Notes: a model not told the origin generated them from the letters alone. A DNA stretch of 64,000 nucleotides from Oscillospiraceae bacterium (GCA_022800935.1 JAAWRH010000020.1:507-64506), one strand, 5' to 3'; positions 46,768 to 55,609 are shown, counted from the stretch's first letter. Numbers and translations are program-made.

Positions 46768-48249
46768 CTACTCTGCCGCCGCGGTGATTTTCTCGTATCT
46801 CTCCGCCCCCAGCACCTCCAGCATAAACCGGTAGGGGGAGGGATTTTCGGAGAGGGCTAGCTGGAACACCCTGGGCGAGCACCCGCTGACCAGTACAACC
46901 CCCTGTTCGTTGGAGGTGACAGGCTGCTGCAAATTCCGAGAGGCCACGTTCCAGAACACCACCCTGGGCAGGCGGTATCCGGCCCTCCGGAACTTCCTTT
47001 TTGCATTCTGGAAGTTGGTCAAATCGCTGTTTTCGGCGCACCGGTCAAACTCCATGTCGGAGATGATGTAGATGACAGAGGGCAGCTCCGACTGCTTCAG
47101 CCGGTTGTGGACCGCCGTCTTCAGCAGCAGCTCGAATACGGCCTCTATATTGGTGTTGGCCACCTCGTTAAAGGACATGCAGTACCGTATCTGCTCATAT
47201 AAATCCCGGCCCTTAATCTGCACCAGCTGGGGCCTGCGGGAAAAGGTCATAAAGTGTCCCCGGAACGCCCCCCGGTTTCTCTGGGCAAAATAAACCGCCA
47301 GGGACATGGCCACCGCCGCGGGCAATGGCCTGTAGCAGGACATATACATGGAGCCGGAGCCGTCAGCTACAACCAGGGCGTTTTCCCCGTTGGTGTAGTC
47401 GGGCAGGGCGTTCCATGTGGCCTCCAGCGCCCGGCGCTCCTCCTTGGTACCGGGTTCGCCTCCCTGATTTACCCAGGGGGCCACAATCTCATAGGGATAC
47501 AGCGTCCCGGTGTTCAGCTTTGCCTTGCCGGACATGACAAGCTCCATGTATCCCTGATACCGTTCCTTGTCGTTGCGCAGGAATGCCTTCCGGTATTTCA
47601 GCATGGCCTTGGAGGGCTGGAGGTTGTAATCGAAAGAATAGTCCCTTTCCCGCAGATTATTTTCCAGAATGGCGATGCCCCGGCGCAGGCGGGAAAGGGT
47701 TTGGCGGTACTCCTTACAGCTCATTCCCAGGGCTTTTGCCAGCTTTCTGCCTATGCGGTTGGTCTCCTCACTGGAGGCGTTGACGGAGGGGAGCCATTTC
47801 CCCAGCAGGGAGATATTGGTTTCCCCGGCGTCCAGTGCAGCGATGTCCCTTTTCAGCTGTTCCCCGATGAATGCGGCGGCAGCGTCTTGGCAGGGGGTGT
47901 CCATCAGCACCAACAGGTCGTCATAGCGGCCCATTTCCACGATATAAGGGAGGTTTTTCACCACGGTTTTGGGATTGCTCACTGCCAGGCCGGCGAGGAT
48001 CACCCGGAACACCCGTCTTTCCCCCAAGCCGCCGCGGACGTCGCGGGCGTAGAATGCGGTTTTCAGGGCAATATCGCGGCTTTCGGCCCAGGCGCGGAGA
48101 AATCTGACGGTGATCTCCTGGTCATCCGCCTGGCGCAGCGCGCCGATGGTGGAAAACAAATCGAGGCAGTTGCTCATGGTAGAAGCATAGGTTTCCGCTC
48201 CGTTTTCGGTCAAGGTTTTGTTGGCTTGTAATTTCAGATAGTTCAGCAT
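46768..48249 (-). CDS. DUF2828-type protein (TROVE/Ro-like N-terminus with C-terminal vWA domain)
   Basis: 493 aa from MLNYLKLQ (RBS GGAGG). LGKWLPS and TLYPYEIV motifs that I associate with DUF2828. MIDAS-like VVADGSGSM in a vWA-like C-terminal half. The family name is from memory and should be confirmed. Confidence 0.7.
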   Translation of the reverse strand: MLNYLKLQANKTLTENGAETYASTMSNCLDLFSTIGALRQADDQEITVRFLRAWAESRDIALKTAFYARDVRGGLGERRVFRVILAGLAVSNPKTVVKNLPYIVEMGRYDDLLVLMDTPCQDAAAAFIGEQLKRDIAALDAGETNISLLGKWLPSVNASSEETNRIGRKLAKALGMSCKEYRQTLSRLRRGIAILENNLRERDYSFDYNLQPSKAMLKYRKAFLRNDKERYQGYMELVMSGKAKLNTGTLYPYEIVAPWVNQGGEPGTKEERRALEATWNALPDYTNGENALVVADGSGSMYMSCYRPLPAAVAMSLAVYFAQRNRGAFRGHFMTFSRRPQLVQIKGRDLYEQIRYCMSFNEVANTNIEAVFELLLKTAVHNRLKQSELPSVIYIISDMEFDRCAENSDLTNFQNAKRKFRRAGYRLPRVVFWNVASRNLQQPVTSNEQGVVLVSGCSPRVFQLALSENPSPYRFMLEVLGAERYEKITAAAE

Positions 48250-48800
48250 AAGAACCGCCTCCTTCAAAAGACAAATCAAAAAGGAATGTAGCTCTCCCCC
48301 GTCCCCCGCGCGGCGCCATTTTTTACAGGGTGGTTTTACCCCTCCCCTGTCCCTAAAAGAGATGCGGTTGACGCCGCTGTATCGGGGTCAAGCTTTTGAA
48401 AGTGTCGCGGCGCCGTTTTGTTATATCGTGACAGGATATTAAAAATCTGCGGTTGACGCCGCCGCTTTCCATGGAATATACAGGCTTGCGGAACCAAGGT
48501 ACAAATCCCCGAAGGAATCCACCGGAATTGAACCGGCTCTCCCCCATCGCTGAGGGATTTACCAATCAGATTGCTGTATGTACCTTTCCCCCGCAAAGGG
48601 AAAACCGTCAAGGCGCATGCCGTCTTAGCGGTAGACGGCGTTTCTTTACTGAGCTTTTGGCTGCTGTGCGCGCCTTTGGAAGAAACACGGTGCGTTAGCA
48701 GAGAATCCTCTTTCGAGACTTCCCGGTTGGAGTCGAACCAACTTTGTCCAGCAAATGGTCTGCGGTGTACACCGTTCATTCCTTTGTTTCCCCTGTGACT
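48250..48800 (-). ncRNA. ORF-free structured leader or ncRNA region with two tRNA T-arm-like hairpins (candidate Y-RNA-like RNAs)
   Basis: Extended -10 TGtTATGAT (complement of 48803-48811). T-arm-like GTTGG-TTCGACT-CCAAC (complement of 48726-48742) and GCCGG-TTCAATT-CCGGT (complement of 48521-48537). A 7-bp/7-nt-loop hairpin at 48619-48639. GAAA and UUCG tetraloop hairpins. Two modules closed by GCGGCG/CGCCGC helices (48310-48377 and 48407-48462). Confidence 0.45.
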
Positions 48801-48894
48801 ATATCATAACAGACCGCCGCGGAAAAATCATATAAAAAAAGTTGCGGACATGAAAAATTTACCGCTTTACCTCACCCCTCCCCCCTCACACCAG

Positions 48895-50148
48895 TCACCT
48901 GTCGTCCAGCCCTTGAAAGAATCCTGACGACATAAGCCCAATGACGCAGACAAAAATCCCGCTGGGCAGCAGCACCCAATAGGGCGCGGCGGAAAACCGA
49001 TCGAACAACACCCCGTAGACCATCTGCCCCACAGGCTGGGCGCACATGGAAAGGGTAAAGACATAGGACATTATCTTCCCCATCAGCCCCTCAGGTGTCC
49101 GCCCCTGGATGGCGGAGATAGCGCATGTGGAAAAGAAGCTGCACCCCGCCTGGCAGAGGAAAAGCATCGCCACCAGAACAACATACCGCCCAAAGGCGCT
49201 TACCGGAAGCAGAAAGGCAACGCCGCAGGGAATCAGGCAGGCCCCAAAGGATGCCAACACCCCGGCCAGGTACTTCATCCGCAGCTTTTTCGCTGAAGCC
49301 AACGCCCCTACCAGCACGCTGCCCCCAATCGCCGCCGCCCCCATAAAGCTTTCCGCCGCGCCGTAATACTCCGCGGAAAGCCCCAAAACCGTCCGCACCA
49401 GGTAGGGAAACCCCACCACCACCGTTCCCGCCACAAATAGGCTCACCAGGGCGGCCAGCAGGAGCAGCTTTAGAATCCCCGGCTGTTCCCGGCACAGAAA
49501 ACGCATACTGACGGTAAAATCCTCTCTCACCATAGACAGGATACCGGCAGAACGCTCCGGCCTGTGGTATTCCAGCCGGATAAAGCACTCAAAAAACGCG
49601 GTAATGAAAAAGCAAACCACCGCCCCATACAGGACAGGCCCCAGCCCCAGGGCCGTATAGAGCACGCTGCCCAAAAACGGGGTAACCAGTCCCGCGATGG
49701 CAGAGACCTGGCTGACGGCTGCGTTACCCTTGACAATGTTGTCCCCGGAGAGCATCTGCGGGACACAGGCCTGCACCGTCGGGGATTCAAAGGCCCCTAG
49801 CACCGATAGGACAATCAGCAGCGCGCCAATCACAAAAATGTCGTGACCGACAGGCAGCGCAAGCCCCGCAGCCAGCACAGCAGTGCCGGAAAGAGCGTCC
49901 AGCCCCACCATAATATTACGCCGATTGGCCCGGTCCGCCAGCAGCCCCCCAAAGGGGGAAAGGAAGATGGTGGGCAGCATAGCCGCCGCCAGCAGCCCCG
50001 CAAAGACAGAGGCAGAGCCGGTTTTCTCCAGCACATACATGGAGAGGGCGAATTTCAGGGTATAGTTGCCCAGCAGCGAGCTAATCTGTCCTAAAATCAA
50101 AAATGTAAAGTTGCGGGTAAATAGTTTTTTCTTCATATTTTCCTCCAT
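48895..50148 (-). CDS. MFS transporter
   Basis: 417 aa, 12 TM-like segments, GGLLADRANRRN loop motif. Adjacent to a TetR gene. Confidence 0.85.
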   Translation of the reverse strand: MEENMKKKLFTRNFTFLILGQISSLLGNYTLKFALSMYVLEKTGSASVFAGLLAAAMLPTIFLSPFGGLLADRANRRNIMVGLDALSGTAVLAAGLALPVGHDIFVIGALLIVLSVLGAFESPTVQACVPQMLSGDNIVKGNAAVSQVSAIAGLVTPFLGSVLYTALGLGPVLYGAVVCFFITAFFECFIRLEYHRPERSAGILSMVREDFTVSMRFLCREQPGILKLLLLAALVSLFVAGTVVVGFPYLVRTVLGLSAEYYGAAESFMGAAAIGGSVLVGALASAKKLRMKYLAGVLASFGACLIPCGVAFLLPVSAFGRYVVLVAMLFLCQAGCSFFSTCAISAIQGRTPEGLMGKIMSYVFTLSMCAQPVGQMVYGVLFDRFSAAPYWVLLPSGIFVCVIGLMSSGFFQGLDDR

Positions 50149-50149
50149 T

Positions 50150-50168
50150 CATACCTTCTAAAGGTATG
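50150..50168. promoter_or_regulatory. 19-bp palindrome overlapping the MFS ribosome-binding site (candidate TetR operator or RBS-sequestering hairpin)
   Basis: CATACCTT-CTA-AAGGTATG lies immediately upstream of the MFS ATG. Confidence 0.4.
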
Positions 50169-50235
50169 TAAAAAATAGTGAAAAATGCGGCTGTGCCGCA
50201 ATCATACCAACCAAATGAATGTATTAAAGCAAAAT

Positions 50236-50256
50236 AAAATTGCCTCAGGCAATTTT
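50236..50256 (-). terminator. Terminator hairpin overlapping the TetR stop codon
   Basis: AAAATTGCC-TCA-GGCAATTTT. On the minus strand it is followed by ATTTTGCTTT. Confidence 0.55.
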
Positions 50257-50902
50257 ATTTCTGTTCGGGCATCTGGGCAAAGAACTCGTCCACCAGCGAA
50301 AGGATAGAATCGTCGATTAACGGCAGTCCCATCTTCTCCAGCATTTCTCCGATAAAGAGAAACTTCCGCTTCATCCCCTCCTTATCCGCCGGAAAAACCG
50401 ACGGCAGCAGCCACAGACTGGTCAGCAACGGAATCAGCTCCGCGATTTCCTTCCCATACTCGGTGTGGATAGAGCCGTCCCGGTTCCCCTCCTCAATCAG
50501 CTCCAGCATATACGGCGTCAGGATACGGCGGTTGGAGTCGATCATCCCCACAAGTACCCTTGGATTCCTGGTAATGGGGATAGCCTGCACCGTCACATTG
50601 GTGCGCTGTCGGTCAGCCTGGTTCAGCCGGATAGCCTCCTGGAGCTTCTGCAGTCCGTTGAGGTCCTTGCGGCCGCGGACCTTTTCAAAGGGGTTATTCT
50701 GAAAAAACATCCGGTCCCCCACCGCGTCCATGATCTCCTCTTTGGATTTAAAATGGTGGTAGACCGCCCCCTTGGTCAAGCCGTCCAGTCCGTCCACAAT
50801 GTCCTGAATGGTGGTATTCTCATAGCCCTTTTCCAGAAAAAGCCTTTGGGAAACGTCCAATATCCGCTCCACCGTTACCTCCGGATACTTATTGCGCGCC
50901 AT
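50255..50902 (-). CDS. TetR/AcrR family transcriptional regulator
   Basis: ILDVSQRLFLEKGYENTTIQDIVDGLDGLTKGAVYHHFKSKEEI is a canonical TetR HTH. Confidence 0.9.
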   Translation of the reverse strand: MARNKYPEVTVERILDVSQRLFLEKGYENTTIQDIVDGLDGLTKGAVYHHFKSKEEIMDAVGDRMFFQNNPFEKVRGRKDLNGLQKLQEAIRLNQADRQRTNVTVQAIPITRNPRVLVGMIDSNRRILTPYMLELIEEGNRDGSIHTEYGKEIAELIPLLTSLWLLPSVFPADKEGMKRKFLFIGEMLEKMGLPLIDDSILSLVDEFFAQMPEQK

Positions 50903-50991
50903 ATGTCACCTGCTTTCACAAACATTCATTTGGTATGTTTATTGTAGCAGAAGAAAAAATCTCTGTCAAGGAAATTCTTCTCAAATGGGGC

Positions 50992-51636
50992 TCAATCCTC
51001 CGGTTTCTGGCAGCTGGGGCATATCTCCGCCAAAACACAGTTGGCGCAGTCCGGCTTTCTCGCCTTACACACCGCCCTGCCAAAATGCACCAGCCGATGG
51101 CAGAAATTATTGGACTCCTCCGGGGGCAGTATCTTCCAAAGCTGTTTTTCCACCTTAGCCGGGTCCTTGGTATCGGAGAGGCCCAGCCGGTTGGTAATGC
51201 GGATACAATGGGTATCGCAGACCACAGCGGGCTTTTTGTAAATATCCCCCACAATCAGGTTGGCGGTCTTTCTCCCGATGCCCGGCAGTTTGGTCAGCTC
51301 CTCCACCGTATCGGGGAGAACGCCGCCGTACACCTCCCGCAGCATCTTACAGGTGGCGGAGATATCCTTCGCCTTTGTCTTATAGAGTCCGCAGGGCTTG
51401 ACAATCTCCTCGATCTCCTCCACCGGGGCGCCGGCCAGAGCGTCCAGGGTGGGGAACTTTTCAAAGAGAACCGGCGTGACCAAGTTGACCCTGGCGTCAG
51501 TACACTGGGCGGCAAGGCGGACGGAAATCAGCAGCTCATAGGGCTTTTCCGGGATATAGTCAAGGGAGCATTCCGCGTCGGGGTATAGTTCTTTTAATTT
51601 ATCAATGGCGGCCAAAGCCCGCTCCTGGGTGTTCAT
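50992..51636 (-). CDS. nth: Endonuclease III
   Basis: HhH-GPD motif LPGIGRKTANLIVG, catalytic region, and the C-terminal 4Fe-4S cluster CKARKPDCANCVLAEIC. Confidence 0.92.
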   Translation of the reverse strand: MNTQERALAAIDKLKELYPDAECSLDYIPEKPYELLISVRLAAQCTDARVNLVTPVLFEKFPTLDALAGAPVEEIEEIVKPCGLYKTKAKDISATCKMLREVYGGVLPDTVEELTKLPGIGRKTANLIVGDIYKKPAVVCDTHCIRITNRLGLSDTKDPAKVEKQLWKILPPEESNNFCHRLVHFGRAVCKARKPDCANCVLAEICPSCQKPED

Positions 51637-51729
51637 GGAGATTTCCCCTTTCCGTATTTTGTCGAAAACAATGAAGCTACCATGATTTTACCACATTTGC
51701 GAAAAGTTGAAAACCCCGAAAAGCAAAAA

Positions 51730-52080
51730 TCAAAGACCTGCGTAGAAATATGCGGGAAATATGTTTTCTTCCGTGGAGAGAAGAACCCCGGCCCATCCAT
51801 ATCCGGGGTACTCCTCCAGCGCCTCCCTTCTGGGGAACAGCCGCCAAAAATCCTCCCCGCCAGGGGAGGGCTCGGAGCCGTCCGAGTCCTTTGGAACCAC
51901 CTGTCCATCCAGCCAAAGCCTTCCGCCGAGATAATCCATCCGAATACCATATGTCCTTTCCTCCGCGGAAACTCTCACCGAAACCTGGAACTCCAGCCGG
52001 GGCCGCCGGAGGGCGTCGGACATCCGGCAGGCCGCCAGGCTCAGCAGCGCCATCACAAACGCGGCACAGCGACGCTTCAT
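51730..52080 (-). CDS. Small hypothetical lipoprotein
   Basis: MKRRCAAFVMALLSLAAC lipobox. Lies 11 nt downstream of the FtsX-like permease. The ORF-track extension overlaps the permease and is rejected. Confidence 0.55.
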   Translation of the reverse strand: MKRRCAAFVMALLSLAACRMSDALRRPRLEFQVSVRVSAEERTYGIRMDYLGGRLWLDGQVVPKDSDGSEPSPGGEDFWRLFPRREALEEYPGYGWAGVLLSTEENIFPAYFYAGL

Positions 52081-52091
52081 CGGAATCCCCC

Positions 52092-54086
52092 CTATTTCGC
52101 CAGTCTGTAGTAGACGCTGGCCGTCAGCCAGTAGATGACAAGATAAACCACAGAGAAGGCCAGACAGGTCCCCAGCACGCATATGAGAAACAGCCGGGTG
52201 TCGGTCATCTGGAAGGCACGCAGTATTTTGCACAGCGCGGGGAACGCCGCGGAGATGTGGACCATCGCCAGCCCCAGGGGCAGGAAAAAGACCATCAAAA
52301 CCTGTTTGTGGATGGCGGATTTTACCTCGTGGGCGCTCATCCCCACCTGCTGCATGATGTGAAACCGGTCGTGGTCGTCGTATCCCTCGGTAATCTGCTT
52401 GTAGTAGACGATAAGCACCGTCGCCAGCAGGAACAGCAGAGTGAAGAAAATCCCCACAAAGAACAGCCCGCCAAAGGTTTCATAAAAGTCCTTCCGGTCC
52501 GCCTCCCGGCTGCCCACCGAGCCCACCCTCAGGTATTGGCCGGGGGCTCTTTGGGTCTCTACCAGGGCTTCCCGCAGGCAGTCCATGTAAACCTGCCGGT
52601 GGTTCTCCGGCCCCTCCAGGTCAAAGACATACTGGAACCAGGGATAGGTGTCCTCCCCCGCATGATGGGCTGTCCAAAGCTCCTTCCGCTCGTCGTCCCG
52701 CATAATCAGCAGGCTATAGCCTCCGTCCCCGTCGTCCGCGCTGGCCAAAAAGTCCGGGAAGGGAATCAGCTCCTTTGCCCTGTACTCCGTTCCGTCAAGC
52801 CGGAATACATTATCCTGGGCCTTGGTCCCCTTACAGAGCAGCACCTCACCCCATTCCAACTGATAATTCATACCAACCGCCTCGTTGTAGGAGGAAAGGG
52901 GCAGTATCTCAAAGCTCCATAGCCGGGAAAGGTCCGATATGTGCCCGCCTCCGTCATACTCGGTGGAAAAGTCGTTTTCCCCTTCCTGGTAAGCTATTAT
53001 GCTGTAGGGATACACCTTGACGGCATTGGTAATCTCCAACCCGTGCTGCTCCGCCAGGTTTTCCATGGTGTCGATGGCGGCGGCCTCGGTGCCCTCCTCC
53101 AGGGCAAAGCTGGCCTTCATGTCCCTGGGGAACCGGTTGGCGGTGACGCTCTCCTCCCCGATGTACAGGCAGATGGTAGAGGAAAGGGTGACCAGCACAC
53201 AGGTGGAGAGGATGCAGATGTTGGCAAGCCCTACCGCGTTCTGCTTCATCCGGTAGATCATGCCGGAGACCGAGACAAAGTTGTTGGGCTTATAGTAGAA
53301 GGACTTTTTCCGCCGCAGAATCTTTAAAAAGGTGATGCTCCCGGCGGTGAACAGCAGATAGGTTCCTATCATCACCAACACCACCGCCACAATAAAGAAC
53401 ATGAGGGCCTGCACCGCATCCTTTGCGCCGATTGCCAGGGCGTATCCTCCGCTTAGCGCTGCCGCGCCTATCAGGGCGAGAAGCCACCGGGCCTTGGGCT
53501 CCCTCTCTCCCACCTTGGCGCTGTGGAGCAGGTCAATGGGGTTGGTACGGATGATCTGGACAGCCTCCGCCAAAATCACCAGCAGATAGGCGGCAGCAAA
53601 CACCCCAAAGGTCAGACCGATAGAGGAAAGGGGGATGGTAAAGGTCAGCGGAATGTTGTACCGCACAATATTCATCAGCACCAGGAACAGCAGCTGGCTG
53701 AGCAGCGCCCCGCCGAGAACACCCAGCAGGATGGACGCTGTTCCCACCATCATGGTCTCCAGGAACAACACCCGAAACAGGTGCTTTTTCTCCATTCCCA
53801 GCACACAGAAAAGTCCGAATTCCCGCTTCCTCTGCTTCATGACAAAGGAGTTGATGTAAAACAGGATGATGATGGACAAAAAGCCGCAGACGTTCCGGCT
53901 CAGTCCGATGATCATCTCCAGATAGGCCCCTCCCCTCATCTCCGCATTCCCCAGCATCACGCAGATGGAGTCCAGGATGTAGAACAGCATCACAATCACC
54001 GAGCCGGAAAGCAGGCAGGGCAGATAAAGGCTTCTGTTTTTTCTCAGGTTCTGGAAAGCCAGCCTGGAATAAAAGAAACTATTCAA
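52092..54086 (-). CDS. FtsX-like ABC permease, BceB type (10 TM with large extracellular loop)
   Basis: 664 aa with two FtsX-type 4-TM bundles separated by a ~200-aa loop. Overlaps the ATPase gene by 8 nt. Confidence 0.85.
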   Translation of the reverse strand: MNSFFYSRLAFQNLRKNRSLYLPCLLSGSVIVMLFYILDSICVMLGNAEMRGGAYLEMIIGLSRNVCGFLSIIILFYINSFVMKQRKREFGLFCVLGMEKKHLFRVLFLETMMVGTASILLGVLGGALLSQLLFLVLMNIVRYNIPLTFTIPLSSIGLTFGVFAAAYLLVILAEAVQIIRTNPIDLLHSAKVGEREPKARWLLALIGAAALSGGYALAIGAKDAVQALMFFIVAVVLVMIGTYLLFTAGSITFLKILRRKKSFYYKPNNFVSVSGMIYRMKQNAVGLANICILSTCVLVTLSSTICLYIGEESVTANRFPRDMKASFALEEGTEAAAIDTMENLAEQHGLEITNAVKVYPYSIIAYQEGENDFSTEYDGGGHISDLSRLWSFEILPLSSYNEAVGMNYQLEWGEVLLCKGTKAQDNVFRLDGTEYRAKELIPFPDFLASADDGDGGYSLLIMRDDERKELWTAHHAGEDTYPWFQYVFDLEGPENHRQVYMDCLREALVETQRAPGQYLRVGSVGSREADRKDFYETFGGLFFVGIFFTLLFLLATVLIVYYKQITEGYDDHDRFHIMQQVGMSAHEVKSAIHKQVLMVFFLPLGLAMVHISAAFPALCKILRAFQMTDTRLFLICVLGTCLAFSVVYLVIYWLTASVYYRLAK

Positions 54087-54846
54087 CGTCCACCCCTCCT
54101 GTCGAAAGCACTGTCAGGGAGTCGGAGATGCGCTGGTACATTTCGTCGTTGGTCAGCTCTCCCCGGTAAAGCTGATGGTACACCTCGCCGTCCTTGATGA
54201 ACAGCACCCGGCTGGCATGGCTGGCGGCGCGGGTACTGTGGGTGACCATCAGAATGGTCTGCCCCTCCCGGTTAATCTGCTCAAACAGGCCCAGCAGCCG
54301 TCCCGCTGCCTTGGAATCCAGGGCGCCGGTGGGCTCGTCGGCCAGCACCAGGAAGGGATAGGTGATCAGCGCCCTGGCCACCGCCGCCCGCTGCTTCTGC
54401 CCACCGGAGACCTCATAGGGGTATTTATTGAGGATGTTCTCAATCCCCAACTTTTTGGCGATGGCCGGGAGGCGGCGCTCCATCTCCTGGTGCTTCATCC
54501 GTGAGAGCACCAACGGCAGGAAAATATTGTCCTTCAGGGAAAAGGTATCCAGAAGGTTGAAGTCCTGGAAGACAAACCCCAGATTCTTCCGCCGGAAGGC
54601 GCACATCTCGCTGTCTGGGATGGTTGTCATGCTTTTTCCGTTCAGGTATATTTCGCCGCTGGTGGGTTTATCCAGGGACGCCAGTATATTGAGCAGCGTT
54701 GTCTTCCCGGAGCCGGACTCCCCCATGATGGCCACATACTCCCCGGCCTCTACTGAAAAGTTCACATCGGAAAGGGCCTGAATCTGGTTTCCGCCAAAGC
54801 GGGTGGTATATATTTTTTTCAGATGCCTGACCTCTAACAATGACAT
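54079..54846 (-). CDS. ABC ATP-binding protein, BceA/MacB type
   Basis: MSLLEVRHLKKIY..., Walker A GESGSGKTT, signature VSGGQKQR, Walker B LVLADEPTGALD. Confidence 0.9.
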   Translation of the reverse strand: MSLLEVRHLKKIYTTRFGGNQIQALSDVNFSVEAGEYVAIMGESGSGKTTLLNILASLDKPTSGEIYLNGKSMTTIPDSEMCAFRRKNLGFVFQDFNLLDTFSLKDNIFLPLVLSRMKHQEMERRLPAIAKKLGIENILNKYPYEVSGGQKQRAAVARALITYPFLVLADEPTGALDSKAAGRLLGLFEQINREGQTILMVTHSTRAASHASRVLFIKDGEVYHQLYRGELTNDEMYQRISDSLTVLSTGGVDVE

Positions 54847-54956
54847 ATCAAAAACCTCCTGCTGTAAAAACATTCAACGGAGTACCGGTCTTCCGTCTTT
54901 TTGGCTTACAACAAGATTATAGCCCATTTGGCGGCAGGCTGCCATGGTTTTACCTT

Positions 54957-54983
54957 ACAAAAACCTTACAAAAATGTAAGGTT
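54957..54983 (-). terminator. Terminator-like hairpin after merR-family gene
   Basis: AACCTTAC / GTAAGGTT stem with a T-run on the minus strand, followed by TATAAT-containing DNA upstream of the BceA-like gene. Confidence 0.5.
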
Positions 54984-54995
54984 CTCCATAAAAAA

Positions 54996-55373
54996 TCAGC
55001 AGCTCATCTCCTGCTCGATTCTCCGCATCTTCCCCTCGTACCCGTCTATCTTTTTGTTCAGAATTTCCAGGGTTCTCTGCATTTCCTCAACCTTCCGGTT
55101 CAGCTGGTCCCGCTGTTCCACCAGTATCTGTTTGCGGGCCTCCCAGGTATCGTCTCCCCTCCGCAGCAGGGTCATGTATTCGGTCAGCGCCTCAATCTGG
55201 ACCCCGGCGGAGCGCATACATTTGACAAAGGAGACAGTCTTACAGTCCGCCTCCGAGTAATCGCGGATGCCGCTGCCGCTACGGTGGATGGCGGGCAACA
55301 GCCCGATGCGCTCATAGTAGCGCAGCGTATCGGCGGTTATGGCATATTCCTTAGCAACTTCTGAAATGGTCAT
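54996..55373 (-). CDS. MerR family transcriptional regulator
   Basis: MTISEVAKEYAITADTLRYYERIGLLP is a canonical MerR HTH, with a coiled-coil C-terminus. 125 aa. Confidence 0.9.
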   Translation of the reverse strand: MTISEVAKEYAITADTLRYYERIGLLPAIHRSGSGIRDYSEADCKTVSFVKCMRSAGVQIEALTEYMTLLRRGDDTWEARKQILVEQRDQLNRKVEEMQRTLEILNKKIDGYEGKMRRIEQEMSC

Positions 55374-55478
55374 GTTAATTCCTCCTGCTGACACTAAACC
55401 GCCTCCGGCCCGCTTGCTCTCTGGTATCTAAAAGATGTAAAAGCGGAAAAGACGGTAAAATTCTTTCATGCTGCATTC

Positions 55479-55509
55479 ATTCTAACACTTGAAGTCCGCT
55501 CTATGTCAA
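55479..55509 (-). promoter_or_regulatory. MerR-type promoter with 19-bp spacer (drives the merR-family gene)
   Basis: On the minus strand: TTGACA, then TAGAGCGGACTTCAAGTGT (19 nt), then TAGAAT. Confidence 0.55.
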
Positions 55510-55609
55510 CTCCCACAGTCAAATTTTATTCGCCGTACCCCAAGGAATGGCGTCCAAAGCTCATTTTCAGGGGAATTTATGAATTTTTTGTAATATTTCT
55601 AAAATTATC

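Noticed and set aside
46736-47041. ORF-track N-terminal extensions: RtcB to 47041, NERD to 44258, portal to 34532, GspF to 36496, binding protein to 19181, small lipoprotein to 52233.
   Set aside because: The extensions overlap upstream genes or promoter DNA, have Arg/Pro-rich junk composition, and internal ATGs with good Shine-Dalgarno sequences coincide with the start of family-conserved sequence.
48521-48742. Possible tRNA genes at the two GGTTCGACTCC / GGTTCAATTCC T-loop matches.
   Set aside because: Only the T-arm is present. The 7 nt after each T-stem have no complementary 5' acceptor strand at the right distance, and no canonical D-arm or anticodon arm (U33/purine-37) could be drawn. 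They are treated as tRNA-mimic elements of an ncRNA instead.
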